A DNA stretch of 62,779 bases, counting the filler, from Choristocarpus tenellus KU-1152 (taxonomy: Eukaryota > Protista > Phaeophyceae): NCBI GenBank assembly GCA_964200185.2. It is 10 parts of 10 records of this genome, joined end to end, with 100 filler letters (N's around TTAATTAATTAA, not from the genome) between each part and the next. Parts side by side here need not be neighbours in the genome. Positions count along the whole stretch, not along the records: positions 4,174 to 15,738 come from CAXNAD020002249.1; positions 15,839 to 20,988 come from CAXNAD020011703.1; positions 21,089 to 24,446 come from CAXNAD020020557.1; positions 24,547 to 27,180 come from CAXNAD020026100.1; 6 more parts are not named here. One strand, 5' to 3'. The position numbers and the translations under genes were made by a program. The notes beneath the pieces were generated by a model. That model ran no database searches and was not told the origin of the DNA. It saw only the letters and a program-made list of their open reading frames with translations. Within the stretch, counting starts at the first letter, position 1. Each line of letters opens with the position of its first letter. Below are positions 14,251 to 26,478 of this stretch, piece by piece.

Positions 14251-15534
14251 TCAATTCCAGACCACCACCCCAAGAAAAGTTTGTGCCTAATTAAAAGCGG
14301 AGGAGTGTATTTACGTCCAGCAGTATGCAGCTGAAATTCTATTCTTCTTCCTACAGTTGGGATTTTGTTGTAGAAGTAGAGCTATATAATCTGTTTCTTG
14401 TTTCTATGAATTATGTGGTTGTGTGGAGTGGTTCACTGAGGCAAGTGTGGTGAAGAGAATCACTGAGCAAGACGGACCAAGACGAACCGAAACCGAGAGG
14501 ATGAGGTTAAGGTAAGAAAAGTTCAAGACTGTAAAGACTTCCAGAAAAAGATGGGGAGGACCAAAGTTCGGATAGGTTTCAGAACAGAAACCCTTCAAAG
14601 GTGGGAAAAGGTGCTCATCAAGAGACGTTGCGAGGAGACACAGAAGCCTATCACTCCGAAGATCCTCCACACAGTTGAACCGAAGTTCTCTGGAAAGAAT
14701 CTCAATCAGCATGACAGTGTATGGTATATATTGTGGTATATTACATACGGCAATAACGGATGGTAACAACCCTCCTTTCCACACTTCTCGTTCTGTTGTT
14801 CTGACATTTGAATATTTGTCATTGGCTTTCCCCCCGACACATCTGCAAAATGTCAGGGGGCATAATAATATACTATGTTATATAAATGTCAGAGGTGTGG
14901 AAGCAAGTTTGTCCGTTATAACTGTTGAGGTTGCTTGTCAGGAATCCCTGATTCCAGTGGAGGATCTTCCGTGAGAATTAATCCATCCATGGAACCTCTT
15001 CAAGAAACCAGTTCCACAGCTATATGGGACTACTCTTCATTTAGAGTTGTCAAACACCAAAGATTCAATTTGTTCACATCTTGACATTTCTGATGGTCCT
15101 CTCTCACAAGATCCTCAGCCAGTCAGTCAACACAGTTTCGTGCAAGTCCTTGCAGTCTTGGTCTTGTGCAACCTTAACCTCGTGCTCTCGGTTATGGTTC
15201 GTCTTGGTCCGTCTGGTCCGTATTGCCTGGTGATTCTCTTCACCACCCTCGCCTGAGTGAACCATGCCGCCACAGAATCACATGATTCACAGAGAACATA
15301 ATAATTATGTATAAAAATATTGAATAATATTATTATGCCCTCTGACATTTTGCAGATGTGTTAGGGAGAAAACCAAAGAAAATCCAATTCGATATTATAA
15401 GAAACCCTGCAAAACAGTTGCGTAGATGTGAAAGATATATTTCTATCATCTATTTTCTATTTGGCTACCAGTTGAACAACACCACTCCCTTTTTTGCCTC
15501 CAACTTAGCTTAGCCCTACACCACAGGGCGAGGA

Positions 15535-15670
15535 TCTAGGGAAGCATCCCAAGAATCTGATGGGCCCCTCCTTGCCCGTCCCCCCGGTGTCTCCAGCTTG
15601 AAATGCATGACACGTCTTGATAGAGCCACTTATGTTGTGACACTATCTGTCGTAAACGGAATTTGACAGC
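15535..15670 (-). mobile_element. 3' fragment of a CRE-like non-LTR retrotransposon, abutting a Harbinger TIR at 15674
   Basis: Reverse complement matches 12810-12947. Confidence 0.6.
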
Positions 15671-15673
15671 TAA

Positions 15674-15738
15674 CAGCCGATTTCAAAAATTGAGGATGGA
15701 GCTTTTCATTGAGGATGGGCTTGACCCCAAATTGACTG
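15674..15738 (+). mobile_element. PIF/Harbinger-type TIR after a TAA target, truncated by contig end
   Basis: TAA|CAGCCGATTTCAAAAATTGAGGATGGAGC... Confidence 0.7.
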
Positions 15739-16367
15739 NNNNNNNNNNNNNNNNNNNNNNNNNNNNNNNNNNNNNNNNNNNNTTAATTAATTAANNNNNN
15801 NNNNNNNNNNNNNNNNNNNNNNNNNNNNNNNNNNNNNNTTGGTTGTGTAAGGGGGTGTTGGGCGTTGGGGGGCAGTGACACACGCCTTTTATTTCATGAG
15901 TTTTATTTTTGGGGGGGGGGAGAGAGGGGTAGTTTTGAGTAATTGAGAGGAAGTAAGGCATTTGAAGGGGTTCTTTTGGTTACATATTTTGCATCATGTA
16001 GTGCTTGCTTATGGTTGAAAATAAGGATTGCAAAAACCCCCTGCTTGATACATAAAATACTCTGGGGCGCTACGTAGCACTGGTGGTACATGCTCTAGTG
16101 CCTAATCTCAGATGATGTGTGAGTGTGCATTGAGATTGTTGTAATATATATATATATATAGTGAGCACTGCTTTAGGGCTATGGGAGGTGTTGAGTTTAG
16201 GTGTTGATATTTTTTGAAGTGTTCTTTTTTTGTGCTGACAGTTTAGGTGTTGTTTAGGTGTTGTGGAATGAAATCAATCAGTTTTGAAGGAAAAAATAAA
16301 TGAAATGAAATGAAATGAAATGGACCCCCTATGCGTGCAGAGGGCTGAGTGTGGGTGACATGTGTAC

Positions 16368-16626
16368 GAGTGAAAGTATCTTAGAGGGTACGAGGTTTTC
16401 CCTGTTTGTCCATTTGGGGCTTGGCTTCCCACAGGTGTTTTATGACATTTTTTCTACTCCGATATGTTTCGGAGTAGGTAAAATGTATACGTTATGAAAA
16501 GTTGTGTTCGGAACAAGAATATTGACACTTCCTAACAAACACGATAGTCAAAATTAGATTAAAATTGGAACATTGGATTTTGACCCCCAAATGGACGCGG
16601 CTCTACCCTCTGAGATACTTTCACTC
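16368..16626. mobile_element. MITE family A, full copy (259 bp), 4-bp TSD GTAC
   Basis: TIR GAGTGAAAGTATCTTAGAGGGTA ... TACCCTCTGAGATACTTTCACTC; GTAC on both flanks. Confidence 0.9.
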
Positions 16627-16926
16627 GTACAGGGAGTGTATTGAGTTGTCATCATTGAGGGAAGCATGTGTTGCTTACTGTAGGTTGCCTACAGTCATCA
16701 TTGCTTGGTACACGGGGGGAGAGGGAGTAGTTGATTTCATACACTGACTGAGGTAGTGTGACTGAGGTAGTGTCAGTGGTGTGTGGTGTCAGACTTGAGG
16801 ATCGATTGCACGTGGTGGTGAAGTTATAATCAACTTCTTTTTTATTTTTAGTACATGTTCTTCTTTGTCAATCCCTGCAATCCTGTCCATGGCATGTACA
16901 TGGCATGGCCCTTGCTTGTTTCTTGG

Positions 16927-16963
<37 letters not shown>

Positions 16964-17720
16964 TTTTAATTATTATTTCAGAAAATTTTTTCGAGTGGCG
17001 ATCATGCATCCATGCAGTCTGTACCCTGCAGAAACTAATTGGTATTAACGTTATTAATTTAATGTTATTAATGACAGAACGATTGCAAAATATTGTTGTT
17101 AAAGGGAGCAAGAGGTGTGAGACAGCGAGCAGACGCACGAGATCAAAGATGGTATGATAAAAAAAGAAATCGAAGATGGTGAGGTAGATCCGGTTAGATC
17201 TGACGCAAGACAGAAAGAGCCAACGCCTCCACCCCAATGAGATATGTGCACCTGATGCGAGCAAACGCACGTGATAGAGAACCCGTACCCATATTAGGGA
17301 CACGCGCACGAGTTAGCGAGTTGGCGAGGAGGAGACGCATGATATGAGAGTCAATGACCAAAACGTTTTGGAGCCGATCAGAGGCGGCCTACCCGTTTTT
17401 TTTTATTTTGAAGTTAGTATGGTATGTGATGGTGATGTTATTGATGTGGTTGATGCTAGCGTTATACACAAGGAATAGAACCAGTGCTGGTGATGCACAG
17501 ATGGACAGACAAATACATTTTTTATTTCATGCTTGGAACTATATGGTACATGCATAGGCAGTAGTGATAAGGAGGGGAATCGGAGGGGCTGTTACATAGA
17601 ATAGTGTATGTGTATGTGTATATATTATATGTACATACATCGTAGAGTGTTCAACCCTGAGGTGATTGATGTCTCTTACCTCTGGAAGAAAATAATAAGA
17701 AAATTGTAGTCTCATTTCGA

Positions 17721-17980
17721 TAGTCCAATTGTAGTCTATAGTCCAATTGTAGTCTCTAGTCCAATTGTAGTCTATAGTCCAATTGTAGTCTCTAGTCCAA
17801 TTGTAGTCTATAGTCCAATTGTAGTCTATAGTCCAATTGTAGTCTCTAGTCCAAGTGTAGTCTCTAGTCCAATTGTAGTCTATAGTCCAATTGTAGTCTC
17901 TAGTCCAATTGTAGTCTATAGTCCAATTGTAGTCTCTAGTCCAATTGTAGTCTATAGTTCAATTGTAGTCCAATTGTAGT
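17721..17980 (+). repeat. 18-bp minisatellite TAGTCCAATTGTAGTCT(A/C), about 14 copies
   Basis: Contiguous tandem units with no spacers. Confidence 0.95.
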
Positions 17981-18671
17981 TGGCCAACCCCTGGTGCTTT
18001 TGTAAGAGAGGTGTACGTGTATAGATGTCTTTTGACACAGAATTGGGAACATGGTTGGGAAGAGTCCAAACATGCTAAAAATGCTAAACAGTAGTAGGGG
18101 AAAGGGATTGTAAACGCTTTAGTCCAACGTTGACCCTTAACAAACCCAGCATGTTGTGATGAACTGTAGTTCTGTTAATGTAATTATATTATTGTAGTTC
18201 TAGAAAGTGATGTATGTGATGTATGTGATGTATTGACAATTTACATGAATGACATGACATGAGTCCCCGAGGAGTGGTGGGCTTGGTTAACTTGGCTGGT
18301 TAACATTGTTAGCTTGTTAGATGTGTTGGTGGTACATAACAATGTGCCAGGGAAGTAATGCATCCAAAGAGTAAACTGAAAGGTGAAGATGGGCGCAGGT
18401 GCTGGCAGCACTAGTGTTGAAAGCACAGACCCTGAATTGTTTTATTTTTTTGTGAAAGATGTTAAGTCAATCACGATTTTAAACCGATTTATTTCTATAA
18501 TTTTTTTTTTTGTGCGTTTGTGGTATTTACATCTATATATACATCTATATATATTAATTAATACATACATATATATGCATATACTGAATAGTTTTTTTTT
18601 GTTCAAAAGTGTATATATATATATATATATATATTAATATATATATTGCAAGTCTCGATGCATGTGGTCAG

Positions 18672-19424
18672 GTGGGACATGAATAGACACAGATATAGGT
18701 GTGGATGTGGATAAATTTGGAGTTTAAATGCGCTCTGCATATGTGTGAAAGTCCCTCCCTCTATGCAACTTGCTAACCCTAAACCTAACCTAACCCTAAC
18801 CTAACCCTAACCCTAACTGCTATCTTGCAGACTTCAAGATGACTACAATATTTTCTTGGAGGCCTTGGTGGTTTATAAGGAGATGGAGGTGATCGTTGCT
18901 CCTGCTAGAAAGAGGAGTATCGACGTATTGTATATTGTTGTTTATTTTTTGTATTGATTATTTTTAATATTTTTAATATTGTTTGTACTGCTGGAGGGGG
19001 GGGAGGATGTGGAGGTGACAAGATGGAGGCCTGATATGTTTAAAAAAATATATGTATTCAAAGGCATTTCTAGTATTTTTTTATTTTATGTGACATGTCA
19101 TGATGACATACCTCCTACAAATCACTTGTTCATCTGCAGAGAGTGTTGAAAGGTGTTCTGTTTGTTCTTATATCATTGATTCTCCTTCCTTTGATTCTCC
19201 TTTCTTCCAACTCCTGCTACAATGCAGCAGGGGCTGGGGCAAACAAGGTATATCGATCAATTACTGTGTATTCCCAACATTCACCCCTGTAGGATCTCAA
19301 AATAATCTCTATGAATTCCCTGATATTTTTTTTTATATATATTTTTATGTTTGCACAATGGTATCATCGCCTGCCATGTTAATTCACAATGGTTGGGCAG
19401 CTCTTTTTGGATCCAGTTCAACCT

Positions 19425-19461
<37 letters not shown>

Positions 19462-20844
19462 CCCTCTCAACACTATAGTTTCTGTTCTGTTATTGTTCTG
19501 ACTGTTGTTGCGTTGATGGGATAATTTTCCCGGAATCTTCCAGGGGTCGCTCATGGTGCCTCAGAAGTTTGTGTGTCCTGCGGAAGACCCATGGCCAATG
19601 TCCTGCTGGGGGTTGAACCTGGGAGGCAAGGTGGCAGATGTCCGGCGCCGACATCTCTATGTCAAAAGAAAGATTCAACGCTGGTAATGCATCATCATCA
19701 TTATTATTAGTATTATTATTATTACTGTTGTTACCGATTGATGTTTTTTTTATAATGTTGTGATTGATTTTTTTTTAACAAAGTAACTTACTGGACTTCA
19801 AAGTGTTGTGGATCAAGCCCAGTACCCGTACCCCTAACCTTAACATCCTTACCTTACCTTAATGTCAGCAGACCCCTAACCTTAACACCCTTGTTTAGGT
19901 TAACAACCTTGTTTCAAGTCTTCAATGCATTGCCTTCTTTAACCCCCTGTTTCTGTTTCTCCCCTTGTGGTGTTGCCTTGGTATTTGATGTGTCTGATGT
20001 GTTTGATGTGTCTGATGTGTCTGATGTGTCTGATGTGTCTGATGTTAAGGTACCAGCTCGATGCGATGGGGTTTGTGTGGGATGTGTCTGATGTTCCTTT
20101 CAATAAGGTGTGTTACACCACCTCAGTCAGGCAATACAATTTGATAGTTTGTTAAATAAATTCAATAAGGTGCAAGGAGAAGGGGGGTAGGGTTTATTTA
20201 TTGTGCTGTATAGCAATGTATACATGGGTATATAGAGTGTATGGATATTTGATAGGCCGTAGTGAAAAGGTTGAAGCGATTTTTCTCATAATGTACTGGG
20301 GAAGGAGGTTATAAATTGTCGGAGGCGTTTTTGCTTTTACTACTGGTACATTATACTATCTTGATATATATGTACATATCATGCTCGTGTTCTTGATCTC
20401 TTTTTATTATAATATTTTATGAAGAGTTCAACAGTAACAGTAATATGTAAAATATACATGTATATATATATGTATATATATATATATTTTAATCATGGTA
20501 CTGTGAGATTCGTTTTTGGTCAATTAATTTCAAATTATGACGGGAAACGATACAGTTTCAAAAATTCAAATTTTATGAAAAAAAAATGCTTTGATTGTAC
20601 GTACCCCTTCTCCCTCTTCAGCCACGGTATGAAAAGAGAGAGACTCATGTCTTCAATGTCCCCCTGCCATGTCTTCAATGTCCCCCTCCCTCTCTACTGA
20701 TGCGGTTAACCCTAACCCTAAGGTCTTTGAGGCTCTGAAAGTGTACAAGCAACTGAATGGGGACTTGTGTGTGCCCTGGGGTTTTTCTGTTCCTAAATAT
20801 CTACCTTGGCCAGAACACTTGTGGGGGCTGCCCCTGGGTCTAAG
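18672..20844 (+). CDS. Helicase-associated (HA) repeat protein, partial, five exons
   Basis: Exons 18672-18698, 18831-18888, 19544-19683, 20050-20107 and 20723-20844 splice in phase (GT-AG) to WDMNRHRYRLQDDYNIFLEALVVYKEMEGSLMVPQKFVCPAEDPWPMSCWGLNLGGKVADVRRRHLYVKRKIQRWYQLDAMGFVWDVSDVPFNKVFEALKVYKQLNGDLCVPWGFSVPKYLPWPEHLWGLPLGL. This gives two copies of AL..YK...G.L.VP..F..P...WP...WG..LG plus LD.+GFVW. Confidence 0.85.
18773..18817 (+). repeat. Interstitial telomere-like (CCCTAA)n array at an intron 3' end
   Basis: CTAACCCTAAACCTAACCTAACCCTAACCTAACCCTAACCCTAAC ends 13 nt upstream of the exon at 18831. Confidence 0.9.
19987..20046 (+). repeat. 9-bp tandem repeat (GATGTGTCT) x6 in an intron
   Basis: Seen directly; unit is identical to exonic 20081-20095. 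Confidence 0.9.
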
Positions 20845-21088
20845 GTATAAGTGATAAATGTGCCCAGTCAAGTGAATGCAATAGTTCTTATCATGCACCC
20901 CTTCATTTATTCAATGTCGATGTGTCTTATCATGTCTTATCATGTCTTTATGTCTTACTGTTTGCAACAGCAACACTATCCAGGGGGGNNNNNNNNNNNN
21001 NNNNNNNNNNNNNNNNNNNNNNNNNNNNNNNNTTAATTAATTAANNNNNNNNNNNNNNNNNNNNNNNNNNNNNNNNNNNNNNNNNNNN

Positions 21089-21128
21089 CCAAATGGACAG
21101 CCGCCACCCCCTCCCAGATACTTTGAGC
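21089..21128. mobile_element. MITE family B end (contig start)
   Basis: CCAAATGGACAGCCGCCACCCCCTCCCAGATACTTTGAGC. Confidence 0.7.
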
Positions 21129-21346
21129 TACACAGGCAAGCAATTACATCATTGTACAACATCGCCATAGGTTAACATCCAAACATGGTTCCCTACACCA
21201 AACACACAACTTGGACTCTCACAGATCTTACAAACAATTGATGGTTTCACAACGAACATTGTCACAGGGTTCTCTGGTTTTATATCTTGCGAAGTTGCTC
21301 ATCCAACAGATTGATTCACACTTTCGCTGTGTTGTACCAATCGACA

Positions 21347-21524
21347 GACCCAAAGTATCTGGGAGGGGGGTTTGTCTACAGCATGGTGTCCATTTGGGTC
21401 AAAATCAGGAAAAGTGCATTTATAGCAACCATCCGACGTATGCAATCAAATCACCCAAAAATCGCGACACGAAAAAATTGACCCCAAATCGACAGCCGCC
21501 ACCCCCTCACAGATACTTTGAACC
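21347..21524. mobile_element. MITE family B, full copy (178 bp)
   Basis: TIR GACCCAAAGTATCTGGG ... CAGATACTTTGAACC. Confidence 0.85.
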
Positions 21525-21788
21525 ACAGAATCCAGCAAAAGAAGGGAAATTATGTCGCGGTAATATGCTAGTCCTATACGCATCCTCTTCACCCTATGTT
21601 ACCAGCCCTATTTTTCTTCGTGTTTTATGGGCTCGACTAATCCACCCAAGTTTAACGAACCGCTAGTACTCTGATCCAGCCATCCTTTCCTCAGCCCCTG
21701 CCTCCTCCTCTATACCCTGCCTCGCTTACTCCTTCTCACCAACCTCTATCTCATCCCTTGCCTCCTAGCACTAACACCTCCTCCCATT

Positions 21789-23552
21789 GTCTTGACCCCT
21801 ACTTCGCCATGCCCTTTGCCTACTCCTCCACCATCGCAGAGATATCTAGATTCACAACCATCATGATGACCCCAGACAAGAACGACATATCCGAGCACGA
21901 CCTTGAGAAGTTCAAGTCCGAAACGAACGCCGCTCACGAGAGAGAAGTCGCCCTTCTCCAGACCCGACCAGGAGGCATGGTAATCACATGCACCACCCTC
22001 AGGGACTACCTAGATCCGGATCGTATCAAACTCCTCATAGATGAACTCTCCAACCTTCCGCAACTTTGCACTGGTGAAGACATTGATAGCTGGTGGTGTA
22101 TCCATGCCTATACCTTGTGGAAGACCCAACCCACCAGGTCATGAAGAAGAGGAACAGGATAGCCCATCACCTAGCCCTGCAGTATATACGGGAAGCAGGA
22201 CTCTACGAGGGGGGAGGCATACAATCACACCCTCAAAACACGATTCTGAAGGCAACGGGGGCCGACCCGTTTGTAACGATTTGTCATGTCCAGAGGGACT
22301 TGCCCAGGAGGACGTGAGGGGGCGATTAGGCAAGGACTTGGAGTCCACGCCCGTCAGGAGTGACCAATGTATGTCCCCGAACGCCCATTCGGTGGGCAGT
22401 GGCGGTGACGAGTCACAAGAGGGAGGGAACACCTTCGACCATAGTGTGAGGCGGAGTGAGAACTGCGTCAAAGCCGATCCTACCCCAACCCAGAGCGACA
22501 ACCCTTCCGAGAAGGGCAAAGGGAAGTGGAAAAGGACGCTGATTAGGAAGAAGAGGGTGAGAGAAGACTCTGAAGACGACCTGGACCGATATGATTGTGA
22601 CACTTTCTCAGGTCCAGAGGGACTTGTCCAGGAGGACGCGAGGGGGTGGCTAGACAAGGACTCAGAGTTCACGCCTGTCGGGAGTGACCCCGGAATGTCC
22701 CCAAACGCCCATTTGGTGGACAGCAGTGGCAGTGAGACATAAGCACCAGGGAACATATTCGACCATAGTGTGAGGTGAAGTAAGAACCGCGTCCATGCCA
22801 ATAATACCCCAACCCCGAGGGACAAGCCTCCCGAGAAGGGCAAAGGACAGGGGAAAAGGACACTGATTAGGAACAAGAGGGCGAGTGAAGGTGCTGGACA
22901 GAAGAGACCCTTCAAATAGCCTCGTGGTCCTCATGGCAGCGCTTTAGCACCTGGCTTCTTCGACGACGTCTTCGCTTCTGCCAAAATGGGCAGATATGCG
23001 GTAAATCCGTGTTCATCTATATCAAGGTACGATGATGACGACGTAAGATCATCTCATGGTGATGAGTATCGCGTCACACAGGACGCGGCCGACTCCGGCG
23101 ATGCATCCAATGTGGGGATCACCGAAGCCTTCATGGAGGCGTGCATTACTGAGCTCCTACAATCGGCAACGAAACCTGCTTCTTCACAGTATCGAGTGCA
23201 GATTCAAATCCTCACCCAAGTCATATACGACCATGGGTTCAGGCTCATCAAGGCCGGTAAAGGGGCCGTTTCTCTTGTTTTCGGGGATGAATGCTACGTC
23301 CACGAGCACACACAGGTTAAACTCGGCGATCATCGAGGGAAGCCAGGCAACACGTTGCGTCCCAAGCATGTGGAAGCACTCCAGGCGAGGAAGGCTATCT
23401 TCTTGAGCCTCGTGAAGCCCGAACTTTGGAACGCCAGGTACTCCAAACGTCTAAATCTATGGCACCTTCTTGTCGAGGCATACCCTAAGCTCACAGAGTG
23501 GTGGGAGAAGGGGGACGAATGTAATTTCGAGTCCGCCCACCAATTCAAATAG
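21789..23552 (+). pseudogene. Intronless degenerate ORF of about 580 codons, unknown family, with a 324-bp internal duplication; probably TE- or virus-derived
   Basis: ORFs 22041-22742 and 22986-23552 are in one frame separated by three stops; the upstream ORF joins by a frameshift; direct repeat begins at 22290 and 22614. Confidence 0.5.
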
Positions 23553-24321
23553 GGCTTTGATCGTTTCGGTTTTTTGTTGAAGTACGGGAAGAGTTACAGG
23601 TTGTGGTGATTTATGCATCAGTGTACCTTGCCTTGGTGTCCAACTACCACGTTCATGCACTTTCCACTCCATGAGTTATGCATTTAGATAGTGGTATCAG
23701 ATACATTGCTACCAGTCAGAGTCGTCAGCGTATCATATATTATACTCACATTGAGGATTCGACCTTTGTTTTTATTTGTTTAAAAGAGCGTGTCTGCTAC
23801 AAGGTTTTAGACAACTAAAATATAATACACCAATCAAACAACCCTTCTCCATCTGCTCAGCTAACGTTTCCAAACAATTCGCCAGGGGCTGCGATGAATA
23901 CCCTGTCCTTCTCAAAGTCGCTATTTATTCCTTGTACACTATAACGCACCTCCCCCCTTCTTCTCAATACTCTATGCACCACCTCCTGCTTTGTCCAAGT
24001 GTCGACAACTAGATTCGATCTCGTTCTCCTTCGAATCTTGGAGGATTATATACCTAAGTCTACGCACGATGCTCCTAAGCACAGCACCAACCCAGGACCT
24101 CTGGAAGTGTACCTTGAACTACTTCCAGAGAAACGTACGACAATAGACCTTGACCAATAACAACTCGTATACACGTCCATATTCCGTCCACACCTTTCCC
24201 GTATTTCATACCAACAACTTCAACCCTAAGACCCTCAGCGACAACCACGTCTTATTGCATACTAAGTCCAAGACATGCACACAAACAAACGAAGTGTTAC
24301 ATTTAAACTGTACATGATATA

Positions 24322-24446
24322 GAGTGGAAGTATCTTAGAGGGTATGAGTTTTGCCCTGTTTGTTCATTTGGGGCTTGGCTTCACACGTTTTTTTAATGAC
24401 ATTTTCCTACTCCAAATGTTAAGGAGTAGGTAAAATGTACACAGAT
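24322..24446. mobile_element. MITE family A, truncated by contig end
   Basis: GAGTGGAAGTATCTTAGAGGGTA terminus and internal match to the other copies. Confidence 0.85.
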
Positions 24447-26083
24447 NNNNNNNNNNNNNNNNNNNNNNNNNNNNNNNNNNNNNNNNNNNNTTAATTAATT
24501 AANNNNNNNNNNNNNNNNNNNNNNNNNNNNNNNNNNNNNNNNNNNNCTGCTATCTCCTCAACCACACCAGCACGTGCAGCATCCCCAAGACTGCTCTGAC
24601 CCCCACCAAACACCCGTATGGCCACCCGTGAAGGAGGACATCCGCCACAACTAGAAAGCACACTGAAATTTGATGGGGACATACAAGCGGCTTGATGAGC
24701 AATGAGGATAGTGGGGTGGGCCAAGCGGAATGAAAGTCATATTGGAAGGAAGGGTGGGATTGATTGTGATGTGTTTGCCCTCACCGTTTCGAATGAAATT
24801 TTCCCTCCCTTGGATACTTAAAAAACGGTTAGCATATACTTGGTTCCAATGAAAGGGAAATAACAAAAAAGTGGTCCGAATTTCGGTCTAGAAATAGGCC
24901 ATGAAGTTCGTCCGAGATAATCCTGGGGGTATGTTGTACCCGACACCTACCTACACTTGGGGAAGGTGACCCTCAACAAGCTTTGCATTGACATACATAC
25001 ACTTTATGGGCTTTATTCAGTTGCCTTTGGTGTGGAAAGAGATGTAATCATGAAATATGATGTCCCCAGTGCCTCCTCCTATGAGCTACAGTCACATTTC
25101 TCAGTACTGAAGCTAAGGGAATTTTGTGGAGTTTTTTTTTTTACAATATCACGACATCTACTGAGAGGCTCACCGTTCCTCCTCCACATCCAATGGGACA
25201 ATGGCAAGGGATTTGATTCCTCTATTAACAAGTCCAAGTACCTCTGCCAGGAAGAGCAGCTGGGCTGACCTCTTCTTCCTCTCTGCCAGAAGCTCTAACA
25301 ATCCTCGGTCAAGGGTATGAAGGAGGGGACCAACAGGTACTTAGCGGCAATTGGCACTTTATACATTTTGCACGGTGAAGTCACTCAAACATTGACAGGG
25401 CAGGACACAAATAATGAAATGCAATGCTATATTACAACAATTGAATCACATATTCATGATTTTGTATCAGCAGGGTTGGACTTGCATTGCGACATTCCCC
25501 TATACCTGACCTCAGCCATTGTTACTATTACTATCACTATTAATATTTCAAATAACATCACTCACACTATTTCTACTACTATTGCTAATACTATGGTACA
25601 ACACAGGGTCAGTACTTTCAATAGGATTTCAGTTTGGTGGCAGAGCAGTAAGACTGCGCAAGATACCAATGATGGTATATCTCAGGTTGGTTGTACTTGA
25701 TGCTGGTAAATACCAGTGCATGTGTGTTGTATCACCCAAAATATTTTCTATTTTTTTTGGCAGAAACCCCACAACAGTGCCACTTGAATCCCTATTCAGG
25801 GTTGTGAAAGTATTCAACGTCAAAGCACCAACACACTACCCTCAACGTGCTCGTACATTTTCTGGCATGGGTGAATACCTCGACGGCATTTGGACCTTAG
25901 TTCCAAAGGAGTTCCTTCCTGTCTTTCGGGGGAGGAATTCTAAAGGTTGAATGTCATGTACTTCAAAGTATATGGCAGTGCAAGCATGCATGGGCTGGAG
26001 ACTGCTCTGAACAACCAGTGTGCTGTATTGCTCTAAAGGTTAAATGACATGCACGGTGTAAGAAATGAGTTGGGCACATTAGA

Positions 26084-26341
26084 GAATCAAAGTATCTTAG
26101 AGGGTAGAGCTGCGTCCATTTGGGGGGCAACATCCAATGTTGCGATTTTGATGTAATTTTGGCTATCATGTTTGTTAGGAAGTGTCGATATTCTTGTTCC
26201 AGACACACCTTTATTAAAAGTATACATTTTACCTACTCCAAAACATTTCGAAGTAGAAAAATGTCATGAACAACCCGTGGGAAGCCAAGCCCCATACGGA
26301 CAAACAGGGCAAAACTTATACCCTCTAAGATACTTTCACTC
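26084..26341. mobile_element. MITE family A, full copy
   Basis: Both TIRs present, 258 bp. Confidence 0.9.
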
Positions 26342-26478
26342 AGACCCTGGACAACGATGGATACCTGATGGTTGTAGCAGTGCAAAGATGATGTACTGAT
26401 GTGCATGGCAATGGAGCCATGCAAAGATCAGTCTATATATTTATGGTTTTTTATTTTTGTATTATATTCGTATTCTTA

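Noticed and set aside
16315-16747. Recurrent small ORFs containing YPLRYFHS / ESILEG (also near 26172, 33071 and 40982)
   Set aside because: Translations of the family A MITE TIR, not a peptide family
17721-17980. Possible CRISPR-like array
   Set aside because: Units are contiguous with no unique spacers, there are no cas genes, and the context is eukaryotic
18773-18817. True chromosome end
   Set aside because: Short, imperfect and inside an intron of a spliced gene
22139-22915. 258-aa minus-strand ORF
   Set aside because: Antisense shadow of the plus-strand degenerate ORF and its duplication
24547-25950. Several 100-140 aa ORFs, possibly a LINE relic
   Set aside because: No recognisable motif or consistent exon structure
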